A stretch of DNA of 64,000 bases from positions 7,199 through 71,198 of the forward strand of contig CALKGG010000028.1 of the NCBI GenBank assembly GCA_938084885.1, read 5' to 3'. Positions 37,610-46,592 of this stretch are shown here, in pieces. The position numbers and the translations under genes are program-made. Within the stretch, counting starts at the first letter, position 1; every line of letters begins with the position of its first letter. Origin of the DNA: an uncultured Acidimicrobiales bacterium (GTDB taxonomy: Bacteria; Actinomycetota; Acidimicrobiia; Acidimicrobiales; SHLQ01). Under the pieces are notes generated by a model. That model had not been told where the DNA came from and did not search any database. It saw only the letters and a program-made list of their open reading frames with translations.

Positions 37610-38455
37610 TTACACGATGGCGTCGGTGTTGAGCGCGACAATGCCCGTGGCACCAATGTCTTGAAGCACGCCGAGTTTGGACCAAAGCTGTGACTTCTTC
37701 ACCACGATGTGGGCTGCCACGAGATCGTCGCGTCCAGAAAGCGGAAGAATGGTCGGTGCAGCGAGCCCTGGGAACACGGTGCCGAGCTCGTCGAGCTTGT
37801 CTTTCGGCACGTGCAACATGACGTACTGGGTTTGGCGAGCCTCGATTGCGGCGTTGATGCGAAGCAAGAGTTCGGCGATCGTTGGACAATCCGGGTCGCC
37901 CCAGCTGAACGTCGCCTGGCAGCTATACCCCTCGGCGAGAACACGGAGGCGGTTACGTTGCAGGCTGCCGCCGGTCTCTCGCAAGTCCACAATGGCATCG
38001 GCGAGCCCTACTGCACAGACGCCTTCGAGCGAGCCGCCCATGTTGACCACCGTGGCGTCGACGCCCTCGTCCTTCAACCACCGGCTCGTCCAGCTCGGAA
38101 GGTGCGTCGCGACCGTGTGGCCCGACAAGTCGGACAAACGTTCAAATGGGGAGTCTTCTTTGACCGCAACGATGAGATCGGATCGCGAGAATCCCAAATC
38201 GATGCTCGACCAGTCTTCGATACCGTTTTCGAGCGCAGTGTCGGTGGAGATGAACGCAGCGTCGAGTTTGCCTTGTGCAAGCCACGCCGCAGCGTCGCGT
38301 GGGCGCATTTCGATGAACTCGATACTTTCGACCTCGGCCGAGGCGTTCATCCGGTCGAAGGATCGACGCGAATAACCAGCGTGGGCCAACAGCTCGAGCA
38401 CGGACTCGCGCAGGCGGCCCTTCGATGGAATGGCGATTCGGGTTTGCTCACCCAT
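37610..38455 (-). CDS. hisG: ATP phosphoribosyltransferase, long form
   Basis: IAIPSKGRL, GSLE...GLADAIVDLRETGGSL..N motifs; C-terminal regulatory domain. Confidence 0.88.
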   Translation of the reverse strand: MGEQTRIAIPSKGRLRESVLELLAHAGYSRRSFDRMNASAEVESIEFIEMRPRDAAAWLAQGKLDAAFISTDTALENGIEDWSSIDLGFSRSDLIVAVKEDSPFERLSDLSGHTVATHLPSWTSRWLKDEGVDATVVNMGGSLEGVCAVGLADAIVDLRETGGSLQRNRLRVLAEGYSCQATFSWGDPDCPTIAELLLRINAAIEARQTQYVMLHVPKDKLDELGTVFPGLAAPTILPLSGRDDLVAAHIVVKKSQLWSKLGVLQDIGATGIVALNTDAIV

Positions 38456-38456
38456 G

Positions 38457-38948
38457 TCAGTTTTGCTCGACGGCGCTGCTCACTCCGACAAACGCTTGCT
38501 GCAGCTGTGCACGGGCATTGCGCAGGGTTGCTTCGTTTTCGCCGAGCCGGCCTTCGAGGCCGTCGACCATCGAGCTCATTGCGTCGATCGCCAGCGATGC
38601 TTCGTTGAGGTTTGGCGGGTTCTGTCGAAGGTGGATCGCTGCCAGTTCGTACAAGCCCATGACGTGGTTCGCAATAACCACGTCGGGTGGGGTGGTGGCG
38701 AGTTGGCGCTCTTGTTCAGCCATCTGTGCCATCGCTTCTTCGAGCTGGGCGCGTTCTTCGTCACTCAGCTCGTCGAGCGACGGAATGCCAAGCGCCTCTG
38801 CGAGCGCGTCTTCGTCCATTTCGACACCGCCGACCTCAGCGGACCCTGCTGGGTCATGGCGTGTTGGGTCTGCTGGGGGCTGCTGGGTTGGTTGCTGGGG
38901 CTTGTCGCGGGGAACTTCATGTTCGCCGCCCGGTGTCCACAAACTCAT
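38457..38948 (-). CDS. Conserved actinobacterial protein (DUF1844-like)
   Basis: EASLAIDAM..LV.GL..RLG..E..LR..L.QLQ.AFV pattern; divergent from infC; start 38948 or 38957. Confidence 0.7.
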   Translation of the reverse strand: MSLWTPGGEHEVPRDKPQQPTQQPPADPTRHDPAGSAEVGGVEMDEDALAEALGIPSLDELSDEERAQLEEAMAQMAEQERQLATTPPDVVIANHVMGLYELAAIHLRQNPPNLNEASLAIDAMSSMVDGLEGRLGENEATLRNARAQLQQAFVGVSSAVEQN

Positions 38949-38992
38949 TCGACTCATCCAATCTGGGGATAGTGCTGCTTTTCGCAGTCCGT

Positions 38993-39002
38993 AGCCTATG
39001 CT
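38993..39002. promoter_or_regulatory. Putative bidirectional promoter: TAGGCT (minus) and TATGCT (plus)
   Basis: AGCCTATGCT between the divergent DUF1844-like gene and infC. Confidence 0.5.
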
Positions 39003-39006
39003 GATC

Positions 39007-39136
39007 GGCAGACAAATTGTTCTGAAGCGGACCGCTGGATTGTTACCGAGCCGGACGGACCCGCCCAGCCACTTGAGGGTGCGCTGGGTCTCACAGAGAC
39101 ACAACGTAGAGCGGGCGGTTTTTTCTGCCGTCTGCC
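39007..39136 (+). promoter_or_regulatory. Structured 5' leader of the infC-rpmI-rplT operon (possible L20-responsive element)
   Basis: Stems CCCAGC/GCTGGG and GTCTC/GAGAC; CCGCCC/GGGCGG followed by T6; long-range GGCAGAC/GTCTGCC pairing. Confidence 0.5.
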
Positions 39137-39223
39137 CACTGTGATGAGTTTTTGTGTGTCCCGACGTTTCTCGTCTGGCTACAGAGCCCGATGAAAGGAT
39201 CTGCCCTTGCGCAGTGAGCAGTC

Positions 39224-39844
39224 ATAGCTGATAAAGCCGAAGCCAGAATCAACGAGCGAATTCGTGCACGCGAAGTTCTTCTTGTTGGTGCCGATGGCGA
39301 GAAGCTGGGCGTACGCCCCACACCCGAGGCCCTCCGCATGGCGGGCGATCTTGACCTCGACCTCGTCGAGGTCGCAAGCAAGGCAAACCCCCCGGTTTGT
39401 AGGATTATGGACTACGGCAAGTGGAAGTACGAACAATCACAGCGAGAGAAGGAATCTCGTAAGAAGAGCACCAACGTCACCGTCAAGGAGATGAAGTACC
39501 GGCCAAAGATTGGCCAAGGCGACTTCGATACCAAGACGCGTAAGGTTGAAAAGTTCCTCGGCGAAGGTTCCAAAGTCAAGGTCACGATCATGTTCCGTGG
39601 CCGAGAAATGCAGCATCCGGAACTCGGACGCCGCATTCTCGATGACATTGCGGACGTGGTCGACAACATTGCAAACGTGGAATTCGGACCAAACCTCGAA
39701 GGCCGCAACATGGTCATGGTGCTTGGGCCGGACAAGAAGAAGATTGCAGCGTTGAAGAAGGCACAGGACGCAGCAGCCGCAGAGGCCGCACTCGCCGAGC
39801 AAGACAGCGACAGCACCGAATCATCTGGTTCTGAAGAAGAGTAG
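39224..39844 (+). CDS. infC: Translation initiation factor IF-3, non-canonical ATA start
   Basis: RINERIRAREV..., DLVEVA..ANPPVCRIMDYGK and KVKVTIMFRGRE motifs; in-frame TGA at 39215 and no ATG/GTG/TTG before the conserved RINE. Confidence 0.95.
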   Translation: MADKAEARINERIRAREVLLVGADGEKLGVRPTPEALRMAGDLDLDLVEVASKANPPVCRIMDYGKWKYEQSQREKESRKKSTNVTVKEMKYRPKIGQGDFDTKTRKVEKFLGEGSKVKVTIMFRGREMQHPELGRRILDDIADVVDNIANVEFGPNLEGRNMVMVLGPDKKKIAALKKAQDAAAAEAALAEQDSDSTESSGSEEE

Positions 39845-39880
39845 TTCCAAAACAAATGACGACAACCGAAAGAGGTCCTC

Positions 39881-40075
39881 ATGCCAAAGATGAAGACACA
39901 CCGGGGTGCTGCAAAGCGCTTCAAGAAGACCGGCTCGGGCAAATTGCGCCGCAACAAGCCAGGTCGTAACCACATGCTCGAAAAGAAGAGCGCAAAGCAC
40001 AAGGCACGGTTCCTCGGCGACGCCGACGTAGCCAAGGCCGACGCCAAGAACATCGAAAAGATGCTCGGACACTGA
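39881..40075 (+). CDS. rpmI: 50S ribosomal protein L35
   Basis: MPKMKTHRGAAKRFKKTGSGK. Confidence 0.98.
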   Translation: MPKMKTHRGAAKRFKKTGSGKLRRNKPGRNHMLEKKSAKHKARFLGDADVAKADAKNIEKMLGH

Positions 40076-40102
40076 GCGAAGACACGTAGAAGGGATTCTG
40101 TT

Positions 40103-40516
40103 ATGGCACGCGTCAAGCGTTCGGTAAACGGCCGTAAGAGCCGCAAAGCAACACTCAAGAAGGCCAAGGGGTATTACGGAAATAAGAGCCGTTCATACCG
40201 TGCGGCAAATGAACAGGTCATGCACTCAGGCAACTATGCCTTTCGTGACCGTCGTGCTCGCAAGGGCGAAATGCGTCGCCTCTGGGTGCAGCGCATCAAT
40301 GCTGCATGTCGTCTCAACGACACGACCTACAGCAAGTTCATCTTTGGGTTGAAAGAAGCGGGCATCGAAGTCGACCGTAAGGTCCTCTCCGAGCTCGCAA
40401 TCCAAGATCCAGCGGCGTTCACGGCGCTCGTCGAGGCGGCGTCTGCTGCTGCAGCTGCGAGCAACAGCGAAGCTGCGAGTAACAGCGAAGCTGCGAGTGA
40501 CGGGGCAGCCGCCTGA
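40103..40516 (+). CDS. rplT: 50S ribosomal protein L20 with Ala/Ser C-terminal extension
   Basis: MARVKR...AKGYYG...[22 protein letters not shown]. Confidence 0.98.
   Translation: MARVKRSVNGRKSRKATLKKAKGYYGNKSRSYRAANEQVMHSGNYAFRDRRARKGEMRRLWVQRINAACRLNDTTYSKFIFGLKEAGIEVDRKVLSELAIQDPAAFTALVEAASAAAAASNSEAASNSEAASDGAAA
40453..40498. repeat. 18-bp tandem repeat (about 2.5 copies) in the rplT 3' end
   Basis: AGCTGCGAGYAACAGCGA repeated, encoding SNSEAA x2. Confidence 0.85.
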
Positions 40517-41292
40517 TCCTCGAGCTTTCTGCTCGTAACCCACGGGTCGCCGACGTCCGACGTCTGCTGCGTCAAAAAGCGCAGCGGCGTCGGTCGTCTC
40601 GTTTTGTCGTGGAAACCCCAAAGCTCGTCCTCGAAGCGCTCGAGAGCGGGCTCGTTGTCGACCACGTGATCGTGCCCGGTGATCAGCATCCAGATCCCGA
40701 TATTGCCGAACGTTGCGAGGCCGACAAGGTTCGCTTGTTCGGCCTCGAACCCGACGCGTTCACCAAGCTTTCCGATGCCCGGACCCCTCAGCCTGCGTTG
40801 GCGGTGGTGGAGAGCCCTTTGCTTGCACTCGATGAACGCTTCGTACGGGGCGGCAACTATCTGGTGCTCGTCGACGTTGCTGATCCGGGCAATGTCGGCA
40901 CCTTGATCCGCACGGCCGAAGCGTCTGGTTGCGCGGGAGTGATCGTCACATCGCAAACCGCTGACGTGCTTTCGCCAAAGGTGGTGCGTTCATCGTCGGG
41001 GTCGGTGCTGCGGGTGCCGATTGGCGAGGTTGAGAGCTCTGAACTGCTCGAGTCGCTGCAGTCGTTGAACGTTCAAAGCGTGGCGAGCGCTATGGATGGT
41101 CCCAGCTATGGCGACGTTGAGTTGGGCGGGGGAACCGGGGTTGCGATTCTGCTCGGTAACGAAGCGCACGGCCTTCGCCCCGAGCTGATCGACAACTGTG
41201 ACCACATCGTGTCGATCCCCATGCATGGAAAGGTCGAGTCGCTTAACGTGGCAACCGCCGGCGCGGTGCTTGCGTTCGGGCTCTTTGCGTAA
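40513..41292 (+). CDS. TrmH/TsnR family RNA methyltransferase, probable CTG start
   Basis: N-terminal SARNPRV...R...[23 protein letters not shown] and [12 protein letters not shown] motifs; in-frame TGA at 40498. Confidence 0.88.
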   Translation: MILELSARNPRVADVRRLLRQKAQRRRSSRFVVETPKLVLEALESGLVVDHVIVPGDQHPDPDIAERCEADKVRLFGLEPDAFTKLSDARTPQPALAVVESPLLALDERFVRGGNYLVLVDVADPGNVGTLIRTAEASGCAGVIVTSQTADVLSPKVVRSSSGSVLRVPIGEVESSELLESLQSLNVQSVASAMDGPSYGDVELGGGTGVAILLGNEAHGLRPELIDNCDHIVSIPMHGKVESLNVATAGAVLAFGLFA

Positions 41293-41312
41293 CGTTTGCC
41301 CGACAGTTGCAG

Positions 41313-42185
41313 CTAGCCGCAAATCTCGAAGTTGTTTTGTAGCGGGGTGAGTCCTGCAGCGTCGGCTCGTTCGCGGAACTCTGCGAGTCCGGGCTGGTCA
41401 CTTATCCACGCAATCTTTTCGGCCTGCCCGTCGGTTGCGGGTTCAAGTCCGTAGACGTAGGCGGAGAACGCCTCGGCGAAGTCCTCTTCGGGGTCGCTTG
41501 CGGCGTACTGGCCAAAGAACGAGTTGTCGAGCGAGCAGCGCTGTTCGCCTCCGTCGACCGATGCTTCGGCGGCGAGGGTTTCGAGCTCGCGTGCATTCCA
41601 GAACTCGGTGACCCACGCAAACATCAGCGAGTCCTCAGCAAAGCAGCCGTTGCCGTTCCAGTAGGTCTCGCAGTCGTCGGGATCGCCGGCGGTGTCGAGT
41701 TCGGCTTGGGTTTGGGTAAAGACGTGTGCGAACTCGTGGGCGTTGGTCAGGCTGGCCTCGTCGCGGTCGTTGGCGAATTCGTTGACCTCGATAGCGAGGA
41801 GGAACTGGCTGTGGTCGTCGTCGACGGGTGACACGAAAGCCAACGTGACTTCCTCTTCGTTCCCTTCCCAGACAAAGCCAGCGAAGAGACCGAGGTCGGT
41901 CATCTGCGCAGGCGGCGTGATGATTGAGAGCTCTTCGAACGCTTCGATCACCGCATTGTTTGCTTCGCCGAAACAGAGTTCGCCGAGTTCACCGTCGATG
42001 ACCAAGTGTCCGCTCACGACCGTCGTGTCCTCGTCGCCGCCGAGGTCTTCAGCAGTACATGTCGTGTTCGATGATCCAGTGGGTTCTTCGGTCCCGAAGT
42101 CGTCAGCTTCGCCATCGATGCCGCATGCTGCCAACGCAACGGCGAGAGCGATGAGTAACCCGTTACGCCTGATGTGAGCGTTCAT
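41313..42185 (-). CDS. Acidic lipoprotein, putative zinc metallopeptidase
   Basis: Lipobox LAAC, HEFAH (HEXXH) and YAASDPEEDFAEAF; ATGA overlap with the upstream gene. Confidence 0.78.
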   Translation of the reverse strand: MNAHIRRNGLLIALAVALAACGIDGEADDFGTEEPTGSSNTTCTAEDLGGDEDTTVVSGHLVIDGELGELCFGEANNAVIEAFEELSIITPPAQMTDLGLFAGFVWEGNEEEVTLAFVSPVDDDHSQFLLAIEVNEFANDRDEASLTNAHEFAHVFTQTQAELDTAGDPDDCETYWNGNGCFAEDSLMFAWVTEFWNARELETLAAEASVDGGEQRCSLDNSFFGQYAASDPEEDFAEAFSAYVYGLEPATDGQAEKIAWISDQPGLAEFRERADAAGLTPLQNNFEICG

Positions 42186-42985
42186 GAATGTTCCAACCAA
42201 TTCTCGAGATAGCGGGCCACGCCATCGTCATGATGTGCGCTGGTAATGACGTCTGCGGCGTCGAGCACCGCGGGGTTCGCGTTTGCAACAGCAACTGCAG
42301 TGCCCGCAACTGCAAACGCAGGGAGGTCGTTGAAGTTATCGCCAAAGACGTGCACATCACGCATCTCCACGCCGAGCTCGGCGGCAGCGACCAATACGCC
42401 ATCGCCCTTGGATACGGCGCTGTTGGCAATCTCGAGGTACGTGTCTTTGGCCCGGTAGGTGACCACTGCGTCATTCGAGCTGAGCATCGTCTCGAGGTCA
42501 TTGATCAGGTTGGCGTTTCCCATGCACATGATCTTGTGTGGTGGTGCCTCGGTGACCTGATCAGACTCGACATACTCACTCGCCCGTCGACTGTTGGGAG
42601 CGACCATAGTGTTATTGGATTCGCGTTCGGACCAGCGATCGTTGCCCCAGGCAAACCAATCGTTCCCTGCATAGAAGCTGGCATGGAGGTCGCGCTCCCA
42701 ACACGCTTCATAGATCAGTAGGGCCGAATCGGCATCGATTGGCGTGTCGAGCACAGCCGTGCCAGCACTGTTGAGCACAAGGCCACCGTTGTATGCAACG
42801 AGCGGGACCCCGCTCCCTTCGTAGATGGCTTCGAGAATGCGCATCGACGTTGGGGGACGGCTCGAACACAGCACGAAATGGTGCCCTGCGCCGACGACCC
42901 GGCGAATGGCGGCCTCGGTGGCTCTGGAGAGTGATCGCTGCGGATTGAGCAACGTTCCGTCGATGTCGGAGATGAACAACGCCAT
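42182..42985 (-). CDS. Cof-type HAD-IIB hydrolase
   Basis: SDIDGTLL, YNGG, YLEI...SKG and FGDNFND motifs. Confidence 0.92.
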   Translation of the reverse strand: MALFISDIDGTLLNPQRSLSRATEAAIRRVVGAGHHFVLCSSRPPTSMRILEAIYEGSGVPLVAYNGGLVLNSAGTAVLDTPIDADSALLIYEACWERDLHASFYAGNDWFAWGNDRWSERESNNTMVAPNSRRASEYVESDQVTEAPPHKIMCMGNANLINDLETMLSSNDAVVTYRAKDTYLEIANSAVSKGDGVLVAAAELGVEMRDVHVFGDNFNDLPAFAVAGTAVAVANANPAVLDAADVITSAHHDDGVARYLENWLEHS

Positions 42986-43093
42986 TGCGCCACCACTATG
43001 GCACAGCGTCCGTCGACAGATCTGGACCCTGAATACCTGCACTTTCCCTCCAGAAAACGTAGAGAAGGCCGCGGCATCGGGCAGACTGGGCCG

Positions 43094-44086
43094 ATGGAAT
43101 TGGACGCACTGGTCGAACGCGCAACGACCGAAATTGCCGCCGCATCCGACCTCGATGCCCTCGCCGAGGTCGAACGCACGGTGCTGGGCAAAAAGGGCGA
43201 GCTTGTCAGTCTCAAGAAGACCCTTGGTCAACTCGAACCAGACGAGCGAAAGGTCGCCGGACAGGCCCTGAACGAGGCAATGTCGAAGGTCGCTGGCGTC
43301 GCGGGAGCCCGACGCGACGTGCTCGCAGCGGCCGCCGAAGCTGAGCAGCTCGCGGCTGAACGCCTCGATCTCACCGAGGTCATGGATGCGGTGAACAGAG
43401 GGCACCTCCACTTGGTCACTCAGGCCCGCGACCGTCTCGAAGATGTGTTTGTGGGGATGGGTTTCACCGTGGCCGAAGGCCCAGAGGTCGAATCGGCCTG
43501 GTACAACTTCGAAGCGTTGAACATCCCCGAATGGCATCCTGCCCGGGGCAGCTTCGACACGATTTTCGTCGATCTCGGCGAGCCCGAAACCACTATGCTT
43601 CGCAGCCATACCTCGCCGGTACAGGTGCGCACGATGGAGAACCAAGAGCCACCGATTTACATCGTTGCGCCCGGGCGAACGTTCCGCACCGACACCGCCG
43701 ATGCCACCCACCTGCCGGCGTTCAACCAAATCGAAGGGCTCGTTATCGACAAGGGCATTGGTCTCGGCGACTTGGCCGGAACGATCGAGAGCTTTGTCGG
43801 CGCGTTCTTTGGCCACGAGGTCACGACCCGTCTCCGTCCGAGCTACTTCCCGTTCACCGAACCATCGGCCGAGTTCGACATCAGTACCCCGTCGGGCGAC
43901 TGGCTCGAACTCGGCGGCTGTGGAGTGGTTCAACCAAAAGTGCTCGAGAACTGTGGCATCGACCCCGAGGTGTGGCAGGGCTTTGCCTTTGGGTTCGGTA
44001 TCGACCGTTTGGCGGTCATGCGCTACCAACTCGATGACATTCGCGAGCTCGTCAACAACGACGTGCGCTTCCTGCGCCAGTTCTAA
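43094..44086 (+). CDS. pheS: Phenylalanine--tRNA ligase alpha subunit
   Basis: NFEALN.P..HPAR, LRSHTSPVQ, RPSYFPFTEPS and GFAFGFG.DRL motifs. Confidence 0.97.
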   Translation: MELDALVERATTEIAAASDLDALAEVERTVLGKKGELVSLKKTLGQLEPDERKVAGQALNEAMSKVAGVAGARRDVLAAAAEAEQLAAERLDLTEVMDAVNRGHLHLVTQARDRLEDVFVGMGFTVAEGPEVESAWYNFEALNIPEWHPARGSFDTIFVDLGEPETTMLRSHTSPVQVRTMENQEPPIYIVAPGRTFRTDTADATHLPAFNQIEGLVIDKGIGLGDLAGTIESFVGAFFGHEVTTRLRPSYFPFTEPSAEFDISTPSGDWLELGGCGVVQPKVLENCGIDPEVWQGFAFGFGIDRLAVMRYQLDDIRELVNNDVRFLRQF

Positions 44087-44111
44087 CCAGTAGTTCTACG
44101 AGGTATTCGAA

Positions 44112-46508
44112 ATGAAGGTTCTTCTTTCCTGGTTGCAGGAGTTCGCCCCCGGTATCGACGGTGATCCAATCGAGCTTGGCGAAACGCTCAGCGCGCTCGG
44201 TCTGGCCGTCGAGGAAATGACCATCACTGGCCAAGGCCTCGACGGTATTGTGTTGGCGAAGGTCCTCGACCTTTCGCCGCATCCCGATGCCGACAAGATC
44301 CAGGTGGTTCAGGTCGACTCGGGCGATGGGCAGCCGTTGCAGGTCTGTTGCGGTGCGTTCAATATGCGCGTCGGTGACCTCATCCCGTTTGCGACGGTCG
44401 GAACAACAATGCCCAACGGCATGGAGATCGGCGTTCGCAAAATGCGAGGGTTGGCGAGCAACGGCATGTGCTGTTCGGCCGAAGAGATTGGCTTGGGCGA
44501 CGACTCAAACGGCATCATGTTGCTGACCGATTCCGCCGACGAGTCGCTCGTTGGTCAGCCAATCACGACCGCACTCGGCATGGAAACCGATGTCTTGTAC
44601 GACTTAGAAGTCAACGCAAACCGTCCCGATGCGCTATCGGTGGCTGGTGTCGCGAGGGATCTCGCCGCGGCCTTGGGCGTGCCGTTCAGCTTCCCTAAGG
44701 CACACGTCGAGCGCAGCGGTGAGCCGGTCGAAACCACAGCGACGGTAACCGTCCACGACCCATCCCTGTGCGGTCGGTTCGCAGCCCGCGTCTTGCGGAA
44801 CGTAACTGTCGGCGAAAGCCCTCGCTGGATGCAGAACCGGCTCATTGCCCTCGGCATGCGGCCAATCAACTCTGTTGTCGACACGAGCAACTATGTGATG
44901 CTCGAACTCGGCCAACCAAATCACGTCTTCGACCTCGACACGTTGCCCGACGGTGTGCTCAACGTGCGTCGGGCCCGCGACGGCGAGACGCTCATCACCC
45001 TCGACGAGGCCGAGCGCCAGCTGATCGCCGGCGACGGTGGGATTTCCAACAGCGCCGATGAGCTGGTCAGCTTGGCCGGTGTCATGGGAGGGCTCAGCAC
45101 CGAGGTCACCGAGCAAACAGCGAACGTTCTCCTCGAGATGGCGTGGTGGGATCCGCCGTCAATCTCGCGAACGGTCAAGCGATTGAACCTGCCGAGCGAA
45201 GCGTCGACCCGCTTCCGGCGAGGCTGCGACTGGGGCGAGAACATCGATCGAGCCATGGACCGCTTCTGCGAGCTGATGGCTGACATGGGGGCCACGATTG
45301 CGCCGGGCCAGATCGACGTATCTGGAGATGTTCCAGACGTGTCGGCCCAGAGGGCTCGTGTTCGCAAGATCAATAGCATTCTCGGCACCGACATGACCGC
45401 ACAGGACATGAGTAATCGCCTGACTGCGATCGGGTTTGGCGTCACGGTGGTAGAAGACGATCTCTCGATTTCGGTGCCGACGTTCCGTTGGGATGTGGTG
45501 AGTTCCCACAGCGCCGAGTTCGAAGCTAATATCGCCGAAGAGGTCGGCCGCATGTACGGCTTCGAACGCATCGAAAAGACCGTGCCGAAGGGCGAACAGG
45601 CTGGTCACCTTAGCCAGTACCAACAGGACCGGCGCTTGGTGCGTCAGGTACTCGTCGGCTCCGGCTGCGACGAAACCCAACCAATGCCGTTCCTCGCTCC
45701 AGGCGATTTGGCCAAGGTCGGGCTCGCCGAGGACGCCATCAGCTTGGCAAACCCGCTCGACGCATCCGAGAGCGTGCTTCGGACGTCGCTGCTGCCGGGC
45801 CAACTCAAATCGATTGCCTATAACCAATCGCACCGCACCCCATCCCCACGCTTCTTCGAACTGGGAACGGTCTTTCTCGCCCCAAAGGAGAACGACCGCG
45901 GCGAGATGCTTCCTGATGAACACGAATACCTTTGTGTGGCGCTCGCCGGAGAGGACGCTACGGCGGCGGTAGCGGTGGTGAACGTGCTCGCCAATGCGTT
46001 GGCACTTCCCAACGTGCAGGTCCGAAACTCTGCATCGTTGCCTGGCATGCATCCCACCCGATCTGGCGAGGTGGTCATTGCGGGTCGCGCCCGTGGCGTC
46101 GTTGGCGAGGTGGCCCCGTCGGTGCTTCGCTCCTTCGATGTTGATGGACGTGTGGCGTGGCTCCAGCTCGACTTGACCGAAATCCTCAACGGACCGCACG
46201 GCAAGCGTTCGTATCGCCGGGTGAGCAAGTTCCCATCGAGCGACATGGACCTCGCCTTCGTCGTTCCCGACGACACCGGAGCCGACCGAGTGCGGAACAC
46301 CATCTCTAAGGCGGGCGGAGATCTTCTCGTCGACCTGTCGCTCGTCGACACCTACCGTGGTCCAGGGGTTGTTGAGGGAAGCCGGTCATTGGCATTCCGG
46401 TTGCGTTTCCAAGCCAACGACCGCACCTTGACCGATGAGGAAATCACGAGCACCCGTGAGGCGATTATTGCGGCGGTTGCGAAGCAAAATTCAGGAACGC
46501 TGCGATAG
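44112..46508 (+). CDS. pheT: Phenylalanine--tRNA ligase beta subunit
   Basis: HPDADK, NRPDALS..GVAR, EEVGRMYG, LRTSLLPG and DRTLTDEE motifs. Confidence 0.97.
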   Translation: MKVLLSWLQEFAPGIDGDPIELGETLSALGLAVEEMTITGQGLDGIVLAKVLDLSPHPDADKIQVVQVDSGDGQPLQVCCGAFNMRVGDLIPFATVGTTMPNGMEIGVRKMRGLASNGMCCSAEEIGLGDDSNGIMLLTDSADESLVGQPITTALGMETDVLYDLEVNANRPDALSVAGVARDLAAALGVPFSFPKAHVERSGEPVETTATVTVHDPSLCGRFAARVLRNVTVGESPRWMQNRLIALGMRPINSVVDTSNYVMLELGQPNHVFDLDTLPDGVLNVRRARDGETLITLDEAERQLIAGDGGISNSADELVSLAGVMGGLSTEVTEQTANVLLEMAWWDPPSISRTVKRLNLPSEASTRFRRGCDWGENIDRAMDRFCELMADMGATIAPGQIDVSGDVPDVSAQRARVRKINSILGTDMTAQDMSNRLTAIGFGVTVVEDDLSISVPTFRWDVVSSHSAEFEANIAEEVGRMYGFERIEKTVPKGEQAGHLSQYQQDRRLVRQVLVGSGCDETQPMPFLAPGDLAKVGLAEDAISLANPLDASESVLRTSLLPGQLKSIAYNQSHRTPSPRFFELGTVFLAPKENDRGEMLPDEHEYLCVALAGEDATAAVAVVNVLANALALPNVQVRNSASLPGMHPTRSGEVVIAGRARGVVGEVAPSVLRSFDVDGRVAWLQLDLTEILNGPHGKRSYRRVSKFPSSDMDLAFVVPDDTGADRVRNTISKAGGDLLVDLSLVDTYRGPGVVEGSRSLAFRLRFQANDRTLTDEEITSTREAIIAAVAKQNSGTLR

Positions 46509-46513
46509 ACGCG

Positions 46514-46547
46514 AAATGGCCGGCGTCCAAAGACGCCGGCCACTTTT
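46514..46547. terminator. Intrinsic terminator after pheT (possibly bidirectional)
   Basis: 11-bp perfect stem TGGCCGGCGTC-CAAA-GACGCCGGCCA followed by CTTTT and preceded by AAA. Confidence 0.8.
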
Positions 46548-46592
46548 CATTGCTGATACCGACCGACATATCGCGGTCGCTGACGTAGTGGA

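Noticed and set aside
42990-43093. T-box upstream of pheS
   Set aside because: No T-box or antiterminator consensus; the region is short and pheS looks leaderless.
42986-44029. N-terminal 348 aa of the 615-aa minus-strand ORF
   Set aside because: Antisense to pheS; the HAD domain begins at ATG 42985.
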